DNA of 64,000 nucleotides from an uncultured Gemmatimonadales bacterium (lineage in GTDB: Bacteria; Gemmatimonadota; Gemmatimonadetes; Longimicrobiales; RSA9). Of this stretch, positions 33,868-45,098 are shown one piece after another. The notes under the pieces were generated by a model that saw only the letters and a program-made list of their open reading frames with translations, had not been told where the DNA came from and made no database searches. The DNA lies in NCBI GenBank assembly GCA_963783305.1, contig CAWAMW010000011.1:96001-160000 (forward strand). The letters run 5' to 3'. Every line of letters starts with the position of its first letter. Within the stretch, counting starts at the first letter, position 1. The translations under genes and the position numbers were made by a program.

Positions 33868-33901
33868 GAAGGGCCCTGCGGCTTCTGCCGACGGGCCCTT
33901 C
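33868..33901 (+). terminator. Hairpin downstream of pilin 2
   Basis: GAAGGGCCC...GGGCCCTTC stem with inner CGGC/GCCG; no T tract. Confidence 0.5.
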
Positions 33902-33996
33902 GCCGTCCGGTCCGGTGGTCGGCCTTTCGGGACGTCGGCGAGGCCCGTATCGTACCCGAAGCGAAGTGCACTGCCTCGACCAGCCGAGCCGATACC

Positions 33997-34524
33997 ATGG
34001 AACAGCCTCCGCGTGAGGCCCTCGAGAGAGGGCAGCGATTCCTGGCCCGCCGCCGTGAGCGGCTGGCGCACCTGATCCAGGGACCGCTGGACCTGCCCAC
34101 GGGGCGGGGCGACCTGCCCGCCGACCGCCGCCAGTTCCTGCTGGAGGAGGCCGAAGAGCTGTACTGGAACGAGCTCTCCTGGGAGCAGGTGACGGAGGAG
34201 GAGGGGCTGGCCGACCGGGGGCTCGTGGAGCTGACGTTCCCGGGGTTCCTCGCATTCATCGAGGGACTCCTGTTGAAAGAGGTCATGCCCGACTCCCTCG
34301 CTCCCGCCAGTCCGCGCCCGGAGGTCGTGGAGGACATCCTGCTCTTCCTCGCCGCACGGTCGGTGCAGCTGGACGAGAACGAGGAGCCGGACGCCCGGAT
34401 CGAGCGGGAGGTAACGGTCCGGCTCATCGACCTGGTGCTCTACCGTCAGCACGACATCGACGTGGAGGAGTTCGAACGACTGGAGGAGGAGGGGACCCCC
34501 AGCCCGGACCTCGACGGGCCGTGA
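33997..34524 (+). CDS. Hypothetical acidic protein
   Basis: Typical codon usage; stop overlaps next start. Confidence 0.7.
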   Translation: MEQPPREALERGQRFLARRRERLAHLIQGPLDLPTGRGDLPADRRQFLLEEAEELYWNELSWEQVTEEEGLADRGLVELTFPGFLAFIEGLLLKEVMPDSLAPASPRPEVVEDILLFLAARSVQLDENEEPDARIEREVTVRLIDLVLYRQHDIDVEEFERLEEEGTPSPDLDGP

Positions 34525-35366
34525 GGCCGACGCCGGACCACGACTCCCTGCGCGGCGGCCCGCTCCTGATCGGCCATCGCGGCGCTGCCGGTCTCGCCCC
34601 CGAAAACACGATGCCCTCGTTCCGTGAGGCAGTGGAGCGCTGGGCGGTGGACATGATCGAGCTGGATGTCCGCGCCACCGCCGACGGCAAGTGCGTCATC
34701 ATTCACGATGAGACCGTGGACCGCACCACGGACGGTACCGGAGCGGTCTCCCGGCGCACGCTGGCGGAGCTCAGGGATCTCGATGCCGGGTTCCGCTTCA
34801 GGGACGAGCGCGGGGAGCACCCGTTCCGCGCTCAGGGCATAGCGATCCCCACGCTGGACGAGGTCCTCACCACGTTCCCCGACACGCGCTTGACCGTGGA
34901 GATCAAGGACGGCGCGGTGCAGGAGGTGCTTCGGGACACGCTGCGGCGACACGACGCGGCGGACCGGGTCGTCGTCGCAGGGATGAACTACCGCGATCAG
35001 GCCCTCTTCCGGGACTATCCCGGCGCCCGGAGCGCTCCCATGCTGGTCGCCGGCATCTTCTACGCCCTCCACCGGATCCACCTGTCCCGGCTCTGGCCAC
35101 GCCTCGCCGACGTGTTCCAGGTCTCAGAGCTGCACCCGCACGACGGCAGCGAGGACCAGGGCGCCCGGCGGATCGTCACGCGGCGATTCGTCCGGGACGC
35201 GGCACGGCGCGGGGTTCCCGTCCACGTCTGGACCGTCAACGATGCCGGGGACATGTGGCGGCTCCTGGACTGGGGGGTGGACGGGCTCATCACGGATCGA
35301 CCGGACATCGCCGCCGGTGTGCTCGCGGAGTTCGCCGGTCGGCCGCTGCCCCCCGGCCACAGCTAG
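34521..35366 (+). CDS. Glycerophosphodiester phosphodiesterase
   Basis: IGHRG, APENT, ELDV, IHD, EIK, WTVND, ITDRP. Confidence 0.92.
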   Translation: MRPTPDHDSLRGGPLLIGHRGAAGLAPENTMPSFREAVERWAVDMIELDVRATADGKCVIIHDETVDRTTDGTGAVSRRTLAELRDLDAGFRFRDERGEHPFRAQGIAIPTLDEVLTTFPDTRLTVEIKDGAVQEVLRDTLRRHDAADRVVVAGMNYRDQALFRDYPGARSAPMLVAGIFYALHRIHLSRLWPRLADVFQVSELHPHDGSEDQGARRIVTRRFVRDAARRGVPVHVWTVNDAGDMWRLLDWGVDGLITDRPDIAAGVLAEFAGRPLPPGHS

Positions 35367-35367
35367 C

Positions 35368-36732
35368 ATGGCCCGGCCGCCGACCGATGCCGGCCGCCTC
35401 CCGGAACACGTCCGGCGTCACCTGGAGGAGGGCGACCTGCTGCGGCGCGGGCAGGCGGTCGTGGTCGCGCTGTCGGGCGGGCTCGACTCCATGGTGCTCC
35501 TCCACCTCCTGCGCTTCCCCCTGAACCACCTCGGGCTCCGCCTTACCGCGGCGCACCTCGATCACGCCATGCGACCCGGGAGCGGCGCCGATGCCCTGTG
35601 GGTGAGCGGCGTCTGCACCGCCTGGGGGGTCCCGTGCCATCAGCGACGCCTCGACCCGGCAGCCCGGTCGGAAGCGGACGCCCGTGACCGCCGATACGCA
35701 TTCCTCGAGGATGTCGCGGGGGCGGATGCCACGGCTGCCATCGCCACCGCTCACCACCAGGACGACCAGGCCGAGACGGTGCTCTTCCGAGCGATCCGGG
35801 GAACCGGCATCCGCGGCCTCCGCGGGATCGCGCCCCGGCGCGGCCGTGTGATCCGGCCCCTGCTGCCGTTCGGACGCGCGGAGCTGGCCGGGTATGCGGA
35901 AGCGGTCGGTCTGCGCTATCGCGTGGATCCCACGAACCGGGACCTTTCCTACGCACGAAACCGGATCCGCCACGAAGCGCTCCCGGTCCTGGAGGCCGCG
36001 CACCCCGGAGCCGCCCGGTCGCTCGCCCGCCTCGCCGATCGGGCGCGCGCGGAAGAACGCTCCTGGCACGCGGTCCTGGAGCGGCTCGAGGCCGAGGTCG
36101 TCATCGCGAGCGATTCAACGGGCGCCGTCCTTGCCCGCCCGGTGCTCCACTCCTATCATCCCGCCCTGCGGGTCCGGGTGGTGCGCCATCTGCTGCGCCG
36201 CCATGGGAGCGCGCCCGGGCGGGCGGGAACCCATGCGGCGTTGAAGTTTATTAGCTCCGGACGGAGCGGGGGGGAGCTCCACCTGACCAGTGGGGTGCGC
36301 CTGGTCCGGGACTTCGATGAGATCCGGATCGTCTCCGGGGAAGCGCCGTCGGAGCCGGATCAGCCGCTGACGATCCCCGGGCCGGAGCCGGGAACGGGAC
36401 GCGCCCGGATCGGGGGGCGCCGGGTGGAGGTGGTATGGGGCGGGGCGGTCGCGGGATCGGATCCCTGCCGGATCTCGCTCGCCGATCCGTCGTTCCCGCT
36501 CACGATCCGGGGATGGCGTCCCGGCGATCGTATCCGCTTCCAGTACGGTGGGAAGAAGCTGAAGGAGCTGTTCCGGGAGCGCCGGCTGGATCGGCGCGCT
36601 CGACGGGCGGCCCCGGTGGTGGTGGACGGGACGGGCAGGATCGTGTGGGTTGCAGGTGTCGCGCGCGCGGAGGGCGTGGGCGAGGATGGCGTGGGCTTCC
36701 ATATCGCGGTGAGTGATGCGCGACAGCGTTGA
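35368..36732 (+). CDS. tilS: tRNA(Ile)-lysidine synthetase
   Basis: SGGLDS, AHHQDDQAET, RPLL, RNRIRH, KKLKELF. Confidence 0.94.
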   Translation: MARPPTDAGRLPEHVRRHLEEGDLLRRGQAVVVALSGGLDSMVLLHLLRFPLNHLGLRLTAAHLDHAMRPGSGADALWVSGVCTAWGVPCHQRRLDPAARSEADARDRRYAFLEDVAGADATAAIATAHHQDDQAETVLFRAIRGTGIRGLRGIAPRRGRVIRPLLPFGRAELAGYAEAVGLRYRVDPTNRDLSYARNRIRHEALPVLEAAHPGAARSLARLADRARAEERSWHAVLERLEAEVVIASDSTGAVLARPVLHSYHPALRVRVVRHLLRRHGSAPGRAGTHAALKFISSGRSGGELHLTSGVRLVRDFDEIRIVSGEAPSEPDQPLTIPGPEPGTGRARIGGRRVEVVWGGAVAGSDPCRISLADPSFPLTIRGWRPGDRIRFQYGGKKLKELFRERRLDRRARRAAPVVVDGTGRIVWVAGVARAEGVGEDGVGFHIAVSDARQR

Positions 36733-37282
36733 GACGAGAGCACGGACAGGCGGGGCGGAGCTGGAGCGGGTCGTCTATACCGCTGAGGACATCGCGGTTC
36801 GGGTCGCCGAGATGGGCCGGGAGATTGGCGCGTCGTACCCGGCGACCGAGCCGATCCTGGCCCTCGGGCTGCTCAAGGGCTCGTTCATCTTCATGGCCGA
36901 CCTGGTTCGGGATATCGAGAGACCCGTTACATTGGACTTCCTGGTCGCGTCGAGTTACGGCTCGGGGACGGTCACGAGTGGGGACGTGCAGCTTCTGTAC
37001 GATCCGGAGAATACGCTCGAGGGAAAGCACGTGATCCTGGTGGAGGACATCGTGGACAGCGGCACCACCATGAACCGTCTCATCCCGATGCTGGAGCGGC
37101 GCGGGCCCCGGTCCCTCGAGATCTGTGCGCTGCTCCACAAGCACTTGGCGCCGAACCTGGTCAAGGAGCCTCGTTGGGTGGGTTTTGACGCACCCCACGA
37201 GTTCCTGATCGGGTACGGCCTTGATCATAGCGAGAACTTCAGGAACCTGCCGTTCATCGGCAGCCTGAAGACACCCGAGTAG
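36716..37282 (+). CDS. hpt: Hypoxanthine phosphoribosyltransferase
   Basis: LKGSFIFMADL, VEDIVDSGTT, IGYGLD, RNLPFI. Confidence 0.95.
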   Translation: MRDSVETRARTGGAELERVVYTAEDIAVRVAEMGREIGASYPATEPILALGLLKGSFIFMADLVRDIERPVTLDFLVASSYGSGTVTSGDVQLLYDPENTLEGKHVILVEDIVDSGTTMNRLIPMLERRGPRSLEICALLHKHLAPNLVKEPRWVGFDAPHEFLIGYGLDHSENFRNLPFIGSLKTPE

Positions 37283-37291
37283 CAGGAGCCG

Positions 37292-39367
<2,076 letters not shown>

Positions 39368-39374
39368 GGCGGTC

Positions 39375-40304
39375 ATGAGGAGCGATCTGCTTCCGTCCGC
39401 GGCGAAGTACGGCCCCGAGAGCACGGGGATCGGCTCCACATCCGGAGCCGATCCCCGTTCTGCTATGTGGGCCACGGCGGTGGCGCCGCTCGACCTCGGC
39501 CGGCCGCGGATCATGGGGATCCTCAACGTCACCCCCGACTCGTTCTGGGACGGCGGGCGTTACGAGGGCGTGGACGCGGCGCTGCGGCGGGCGGAGCGAA
39601 TGCTCGATGAGGGCGCCGACCTCCTGGACGTGGGCGGGGAGTCCACGCGCCCGGGAGCGGTCCAGGTCCAGGGCGCTGCCGAGCGTGATCGGGTAGTGCC
39701 GGTCGTGGAGGCGCTCGTGCGCGAATGGCCCCGGGTGCTGGTGTCCGTCGATACCGTCAAGGCCGAGGTGGCACGCGCGGCCCTCGATTCGGGTGCCGCG
39801 GTGGTGAACGACGTTTCTGGGTTCCGGCTGGACCCCGACCTGGGACCGCTCTGCGCCGATCGCCGCGCGGGCGTGGTTCTCATGCACTCGCGCGGCTCCA
39901 TGGAGCAGATGGCGAGCTACGACACGGCCGTGTACGGGGCGGACCCCGTGGGAGAGGTGGTGGCCGAGCTGGAGGCGGCGCTGGCGCGTGCCCGGAGGGC
40001 GGGCGTGGACGACCAGGCCATCGTCCTGGATCCGGGACTGGGGTTCTCCAAACGCACGGCGGACAGCGCCGCGGTCCTGCGGTCGCTGGACCGGCTCCTG
40101 GCGTTGGGCCGACCCGTGCTCCTCGGTCCGTCTCGGAAACGCTTCATCGGGGAGCTGGCGGGGGGCGTTCCCCTGGAGGAGCGGCTGAGCGGGACGGTGG
40201 CCGCGTGTGTGGTGGGGTATCTCGCCGGCGCACGGATCTTCCGGGTCCATGACGTGGCGCCCGTACGGCAGGCGCTGGCCGTGGCCGAGGCGGTGCGCCC
40301 GTGA
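39375..40304 (+). CDS. folP: Dihydropteroate synthase
   Basis: MGILNVTPDSF, GGESTRPG, DPGLGF, SRKRF, RVHD; true start may be further downstream. Confidence 0.94.
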   Translation: MRSDLLPSAAKYGPESTGIGSTSGADPRSAMWATAVAPLDLGRPRIMGILNVTPDSFWDGGRYEGVDAALRRAERMLDEGADLLDVGGESTRPGAVQVQGAAERDRVVPVVEALVREWPRVLVSVDTVKAEVARAALDSGAAVVNDVSGFRLDPDLGPLCADRRAGVVLMHSRGSMEQMASYDTAVYGADPVGEVVAELEAALARARRAGVDDQAIVLDPGLGFSKRTADSAAVLRSLDRLLALGRPVLLGPSRKRFIGELAGGVPLEERLSGTVAACVVGYLAGARIFRVHDVAPVRQALAVAEAVRP

Positions 40305-41092
40305 GCGACCTGTTCGACGTCCTCTACCGCTACGAATTCCTGCTGCCCGGCCTCTGGGACATCTTCCAGATCGTCATTGTCGCGGTAGGCATCTTCTACA
40401 TCCTGAAGCTGCTGGCCCGGACCCGGGCCATGCAGATGCTCTTCGGACTCCTGCTGCTGGCGGTCATCTACTTCGCCGCGCAGTTCCTCGGACTCGACCT
40501 CCTGCGTACGATCCTGGAGGCCGGGTTCCAGTACGGGGTCATCGCCGCGCTCATCGTGTTCCAGCCGGAGCTGCGGAGCGCGCTGGCCCGTCTCGGTCAG
40601 AGCCGGATGCTGCGACTCTTCAACAAGATGGAGGAGAGCGAAGTGGTGGAGGAGCTCGTGGAGGCCGTCGAGCGCCTCTCCCGGGCCAAGATCGGCGCGA
40701 TCATCGCCATGCAGCGCGATGTGGGCCTCGATGAGTATGCCGACACGGGGACGCGGATCCAGGCCCGGGTCTCCAGCGACATCATCCTCAGCATTTTTGC
40801 GCCCTACGGCCCGCTCCATGATGGCGCCGTACTGGTCAGTGGGGATACATTGATCGCGGCAGGCGTGATCCTCCCGCTCACGCAGTTCCCCGTGGCGGAT
40901 CGGAGCCTGGGCACCCGGCATCGGGCGGCGATCGGGCTGTCCGAAGAGACCGACGCCCTGGTGATCGTGGTGAGCGAGGAGACCGCGCAGGTCTCCATGG
41001 CTCAGAGGGGTCGGCTGGAGCGAAACGTGTCCCCGGAACGCCTTCGCGCCACCCTCGCCGGGGTGGCCGGCACAGTGCCGGTACCCGAGTGA
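40301..41092 (+). CDS. cdaA: Diadenylate cyclase CdaA/DacA
   Basis: Three N-terminal TMs, FQPELR, PLHDGA, GTRHRAA, VSEET. Confidence 0.94.
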   Translation: MSDLFDVLYRYEFLLPGLWDIFQIVIVAVGIFYILKLLARTRAMQMLFGLLLLAVIYFAAQFLGLDLLRTILEAGFQYGVIAALIVFQPELRSALARLGQSRMLRLFNKMEESEVVEELVEAVERLSRAKIGAIIAMQRDVGLDEYADTGTRIQARVSSDIILSIFAPYGPLHDGAVLVSGDTLIAAGVILPLTQFPVADRSLGTRHRAAIGLSEETDALVIVVSEETAQVSMAQRGRLERNVSPERLRATLAGVAGTVPVPE

Positions 41093-41099
41093 CTTCGCG

Positions 41100-41128
41100 T
41101 TGACATGATTCAGGGCGCCCGGTACATT
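41100..41128 (+). promoter_or_regulatory. Sigma70 promoter of exbB operon
   Basis: TTGACA-17 bp-TACATT. Confidence 0.75.
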
Positions 41129-41204
41129 CACCCCGATTCCGGCCAAAATAAGCAGACGGAACGGCTCATGGAGTCGCACACCTCGGCCTTAGCTGGCGAA
41201 TGAA

Positions 41205-42014
41205 ATGAACCAAGAAGCAGCTCAAGCAACTCAGGATGGGTTCAACTTCCTGAATCTGTTCGCGGATGGTGGGGCCATGATGTACCCCCTCATCATCTCG
41301 TCGCTCCTGGCTTTCGGGGTCATTATCGCGAAGGCGTGGACCCTCTGGGTCGCGCACAAGGAATCGCGCGGTCTCCTCGATGAGGTCGAGGGACTCACCC
41401 GTGAGGGCCGTATCGATGACGCGCTGCGCCTCGCCGAAGAGCGGCCGGGTCCGGTCGCTGCGATCCTCTATGCGGGGCTTCGCCGCGTGCGGGACCAGCG
41501 CAGCACGGGCGCCACGGTGGACAAGGCGATTCAGACCACCGGCGTCATCGAGCTCGGATTCCTCGAGCGCGGCCTGATCGTCCTCGCCACTATCGCGAAC
41601 GTGGCGCCACTCATGGGCTTCCTCGGCACCGTGGCCGGCATGATCTCGGCTTTCGGCGCCATCGCCGAAGCCGGACAGGTCGATGCCACCCTCGTGGCCG
41701 GCGGGATCAAGGTGGCGCTGATCACCACGGCGGCCGGCCTCATCGTGGCCGTGCCCGTCAACATCGCCTACAACTTCTTCGTGACGAGGATCGACAAGCT
41801 GATCATCGACATGGAGGAGGGGACCGGCGCGGTGCTCCGCATGACCTGGGCGCTCGGCGCCGACATGGCCCCCGCCACCGCGGGTGGAACCACGCCCGCA
41901 CGGCCGGTTACCAAGAGGCACGAGGTCGCCGAGTCCATTCACGATACGGATCCGGAGGAGCGCCCGTTCCGCGAACCGCGCTCACACCCGCCCGAAGACA
42001 CACAGATCGACTGA
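41205..42014 (+). CDS. exbB: MotA/TolQ/ExbB proton channel protein
   Basis: APLMGFLGTVAGMI, GIKVALITTAAGL. Confidence 0.9.
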   Translation: MNQEAAQATQDGFNFLNLFADGGAMMYPLIISSLLAFGVIIAKAWTLWVAHKESRGLLDEVEGLTREGRIDDALRLAEERPGPVAAILYAGLRRVRDQRSTGATVDKAIQTTGVIELGFLERGLIVLATIANVAPLMGFLGTVAGMISAFGAIAEAGQVDATLVAGGIKVALITTAAGLIVAVPVNIAYNFFVTRIDKLIIDMEEGTGAVLRMTWALGADMAPATAGGTTPARPVTKRHEVAESIHDTDPEERPFREPRSHPPEDTQID

Positions 42015-42023
42015 GGAGCATCC

Positions 42024-42446
42024 ATGTCAATACTGAGAAGGCGCTCTCGGGCGTCGGGTGAGATCTCCACGGCGGGAATGGCGGACATCTCCTTCCTGCT
42101 GCTGGTCTTCTTCCTCGTCACCACCATCTTCGACGAGGAGAAGGGACTGAGCATCGTGCTGCCGGAGACCGGCAATGAGGCCGAGGTGTCTCAGAAGAAC
42201 GTCCTCCATCTCGCGATCCAGCCCAACGGGATCGTGCAGGTGCGGCGCGGTGAGAGCCCGCAGGTGCAGCCGGTGAACGCGTCGGAGATCGGGACTCTGT
42301 GGCGGCTCGAGGTGAGCCAGAATCCGAACCTGATCGCCGCGGTCAAGACGGCGCCGAACGCGCCGTACCGCTACATGGTGGACGTGCTCGACCAGCTGCA
42401 GGCGGTCGGCGCTGAGCGTGTGAACCTGGCACTCCTGGAAGAATAG
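42024..42446 (+). CDS. exbD: Biopolymer transporter ExbD
   Basis: MADISFLLLVFFLVTT TM with conserved Asp. Confidence 0.9.
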   Translation: MSILRRRSRASGEISTAGMADISFLLLVFFLVTTIFDEEKGLSIVLPETGNEAEVSQKNVLHLAIQPNGIVQVRRGESPQVQPVNASEIGTLWRLEVSQNPNLIAAVKTAPNAPYRYMVDVLDQLQAVGAERVNLALLEE

Positions 42447-42449
42447 CCG

Positions 42450-42893
42450 ATGATTACGGGTGGAGGACTAGAACGGAAGTCGAAGGCATCGAGCGAGATC
42501 CCCTCATCGTCGCTCGCGGACATGGCCTTCCTGCTGCTCATCTTCTTCATGGTGAGCACCACGTTCCCACAGGAGCAGCCGCGCCGCATGCCGTGGCCGG
42601 AGGCCCAGGCCACGGAAAAGCTGGACGAGCAGCGGAAGAACATCCTGCACGTGTTCGTGACCGAAGATGGCAACATCTTCATCAACGATCAGCTGATCCC
42701 CATCACACAGGTGTCCAACCTGATCGCACCGTTGTACCGGGACAACCGCCAGCTCCTGATCTCGCTGCGCGCTGATCGGAACACTCCGTACAGCACGATT
42801 TACAACATACAGGAGGAGTTGCAGGAGGCGGGCGCGCTGCGCCTCACCTTCTACACCGACCTCGAAGAACGTGTGACCCGGGAGCGGAGGTAG
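42450..42893 (+). CDS. exbD: Biopolymer transporter ExbD (second copy)
   Basis: LADMAFLLLIFFMVST, LRAD. Confidence 0.9.
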   Translation: MITGGGLERKSKASSEIPSSSLADMAFLLLIFFMVSTTFPQEQPRRMPWPEAQATEKLDEQRKNILHVFVTEDGNIFINDQLIPITQVSNLIAPLYRDNRQLLISLRADRNTPYSTIYNIQEELQEAGALRLTFYTDLEERVTRERR

Positions 42894-42896
42894 AGC

Positions 42897-43583
42897 ATGG
42901 CGGCCATAAACACGGGGAAGACGGAGAACACCGCCGTCCACGAAACGGAGAACGATCGGTTCAAGCGGGGCTTCAACGATTGGTTCTGGATCGCGCTGAG
43001 CCTCGCTACGCTGCTCCACTTTGCGCTGTTCCTCGCCTCGCCTACGTTCGGCACCCAGGACTACAGCTTCGCGGCATCCGAGCTGGAGTCCATCGAGCTC
43101 CCGGACGAGATCGAGATTCCGCCGCCACCCGAGGCCATCGCGCGGCCGGCGACGCCCGTGATCACGGACGCCACGATCGACGAGGACATTACGATCGCGC
43201 CGACCACGTTCGAGGACAATCCCATCGAGAACCTCCCGCCGCCGCCCAGCGGCGAAGGTCAGGACATCGCGGCGGCTCCGACCTTCACGCCCATGACGGT
43301 GCGGCCTCAGCTGAAGAACCAGCGCGAGGTCTCGCGCGCTCTCATGCGCTACTACCCGCCCATGCTGCGGGACGCGGGGCTGGGGGGTACCGTGAAGGTG
43401 TGGTTCTTCATTGACGAGAACGGCCGGGTCCAGGACACGCGGATCAACACATCGAGCGGCTACGACGCCTTCGACCAGGCGGCGCTGCAGGTGGCGGATC
43501 TCATGGAGTTCTCGCCGGCGTACAACCGGGAGCAGAGGGTGCCGGTGTGGGTGGCGTTGGACGTGACCTTCGAGGTTCAGTAG
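42897..43583 (+). CDS. tonB: Energy transducer TonB
   Basis: TM with S-x3-H...H, Pro-rich linker, YP, SSG..FD.AA C-terminal domain. Confidence 0.88.
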   Translation: MAAINTGKTENTAVHETENDRFKRGFNDWFWIALSLATLLHFALFLASPTFGTQDYSFAASELESIELPDEIEIPPPPEAIARPATPVITDATIDEDITIAPTTFEDNPIENLPPPPSGEGQDIAAAPTFTPMTVRPQLKNQREVSRALMRYYPPMLRDAGLGGTVKVWFFIDENGRVQDTRINTSSGYDAFDQAALQVADLMEFSPAYNREQRVPVWVALDVTFEVQ

Positions 43584-43620
43584 GCCGCTTCTGGCGAATA
43601 CGGCCGCGAGAGCGGCCGGA

Positions 43621-43660
43621 GAGGGACGGGGCCCGGCGCGAGCCGGCCCCGTCCCTCGTT
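43621..43660 (+). terminator. Intrinsic terminator
   Basis: 13-bp stem GAGGGACGGGGCC/GGCCCCGTCCCTC then GTT. Confidence 0.7.
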
Positions 43661-43730
43661 CGTTCCACCACGCCGCGCGGCCGCTCCGGACGTTGCCCTT
43701 TGCCTTCATCTCGCCTAACATTGCGCCGTC

Positions 43731-44432
43731 ATGTGGGATAGCCGATTGAAAGAAACGCTCCCCGATGTGCGAGAGCGCATCCAGCGGGCTCTGGAGCGCG
43801 GCGGTCGGGACGAGGAGGTCCAGATCGTCGCGGTCACGAAGGGGCACCCGGTGGAGGCTGTGGAGGCCGCGATCCGCGCGGGTCTGCGGGTGGTGGGGGA
43901 GAACCGGATCCAGGAGCTCGAGGACAAGATCACGATCCTCGGTCGCGAGGCCGCGGAGTGGCACATGATCGGCCACCTCCAGCGTAACAAGGCGCGTCTG
44001 GGAGTGCCGCTGTTCGACCGGATCCATTCCCTGGACTCGGTCCGTCTCGCCCGCACGCTGTCGAAGGAGGCGGGGCGGGCCGATCTGGTGGTCCGGGGGT
44101 ACGTGCAGGTGAACGTGTCCGGGGAGGACTCGAAGGGCGGGATCGATGGCGACGCGGCTGTCGATGCCCTGGGAGCCATGGCCGAGCTGGACCGCCTGCA
44201 GGTGCACGGCCTCATGACCATGGCGCCGTTCACCGACGATGAGCACGTACTCCGCCGGACGTTTCGCGAAATGCGGCGGCTGCTGGAGCGGCTGCGCCGG
44301 GAAGTGCCGCAGGCACTCCACGCGCATGAGCTGTCCATGGGCATGAGTAATGATTTCGAGATCGCGATCGAGGAGGGCGCCACCAGCGTCCGACTCGGTA
44401 CGGTCCTCTTCGGGGACAGGAGCTACACATGA
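43731..44432 (+). CDS. yggS: PLP homeostasis protein YggS
   Basis: VAVTK, GENRIQE, WHMIGHLQRNK, LSMGMS, VRLGTVLFG. Confidence 0.95.
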   Translation: MWDSRLKETLPDVRERIQRALERGGRDEEVQIVAVTKGHPVEAVEAAIRAGLRVVGENRIQELEDKITILGREAAEWHMIGHLQRNKARLGVPLFDRIHSLDSVRLARTLSKEAGRADLVVRGYVQVNVSGEDSKGGIDGDAAVDALGAMAELDRLQVHGLMTMAPFTDDEHVLRRTFREMRRLLERLRREVPQALHAHELSMGMSNDFEIAIEEGATSVRLGTVLFGDRSYT

Positions 44433-45070
44433 TCGATCTGACACCTCTCGAGGTCCGTCAGAAAAAGGGAGACTTTCGCCGGGCTGTTCGCGGATACGAC
44501 GCGGAGCTGGTGAACGACTTTCTGGACCTGGTGGCCGACCGGATGGAGGAGCTCGTCAAGCAGAATATGGGGCTTCGGGACTCCGTGGAATCGATGGAGG
44601 GGGAGCTGGAGGAGTATCGCAAGAAGCAAGGGGCACTCTCGGACGCGCTCATGACGGCGCAGAAGCTCCGCGAGGACGCCCGGAGCCACGCGGAGAAAGA
44701 AGGCGAGCTTCTGGTGAGGGAAGCGCACCTGGCCGCCGAGACGGCGCGGCAGGATGGGGCGCGGGCGCTGCTCCGCGAGGAGGATGCGCTCCGACAGGTG
44801 CGGGCACGGCGGGCGCAGCTCGTACAGTCGTTCCGGCGGCTGTTGGAGCGGGAGCTCAGTGAGCTCGAGGCTGTCGAGGAGACGCTGGAGCTCGAAAGGC
44901 CGCAGCCGTCCCGGCGCCCCCGGGTGCCGGAGGGCGGGAAAGCTGCGGGGACGAAGACCGCCAGACCCCACTCTCCTCCGCCGGAGAAGCCGGCTGTGGA
45001 GGAGAGGCCAGCGCAGGCCGCGGATGAGGACGAGGAGGAGGACTGGTTGAAGTCGCTGGTGGAGGAATGA
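44429..45070 (+). CDS. DivIVA domain protein
   Basis: LTPLEV...F.RAVRGYD...V.DFLD then coiled coil. Confidence 0.9.
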   Translation: MIDLTPLEVRQKKGDFRRAVRGYDAELVNDFLDLVADRMEELVKQNMGLRDSVESMEGELEEYRKKQGALSDALMTAQKLREDARSHAEKEGELLVREAHLAAETARQDGARALLREEDALRQVRARRAQLVQSFRRLLERELSELEAVEETLELERPQPSRRPRVPEGGKAAGTKTARPHSPPPEKPAVEERPAQAADEDEEEDWLKSLVEE

Positions 45071-45098
45071 GCGGATCGAGTCGAGGACGAAGAGCGGA

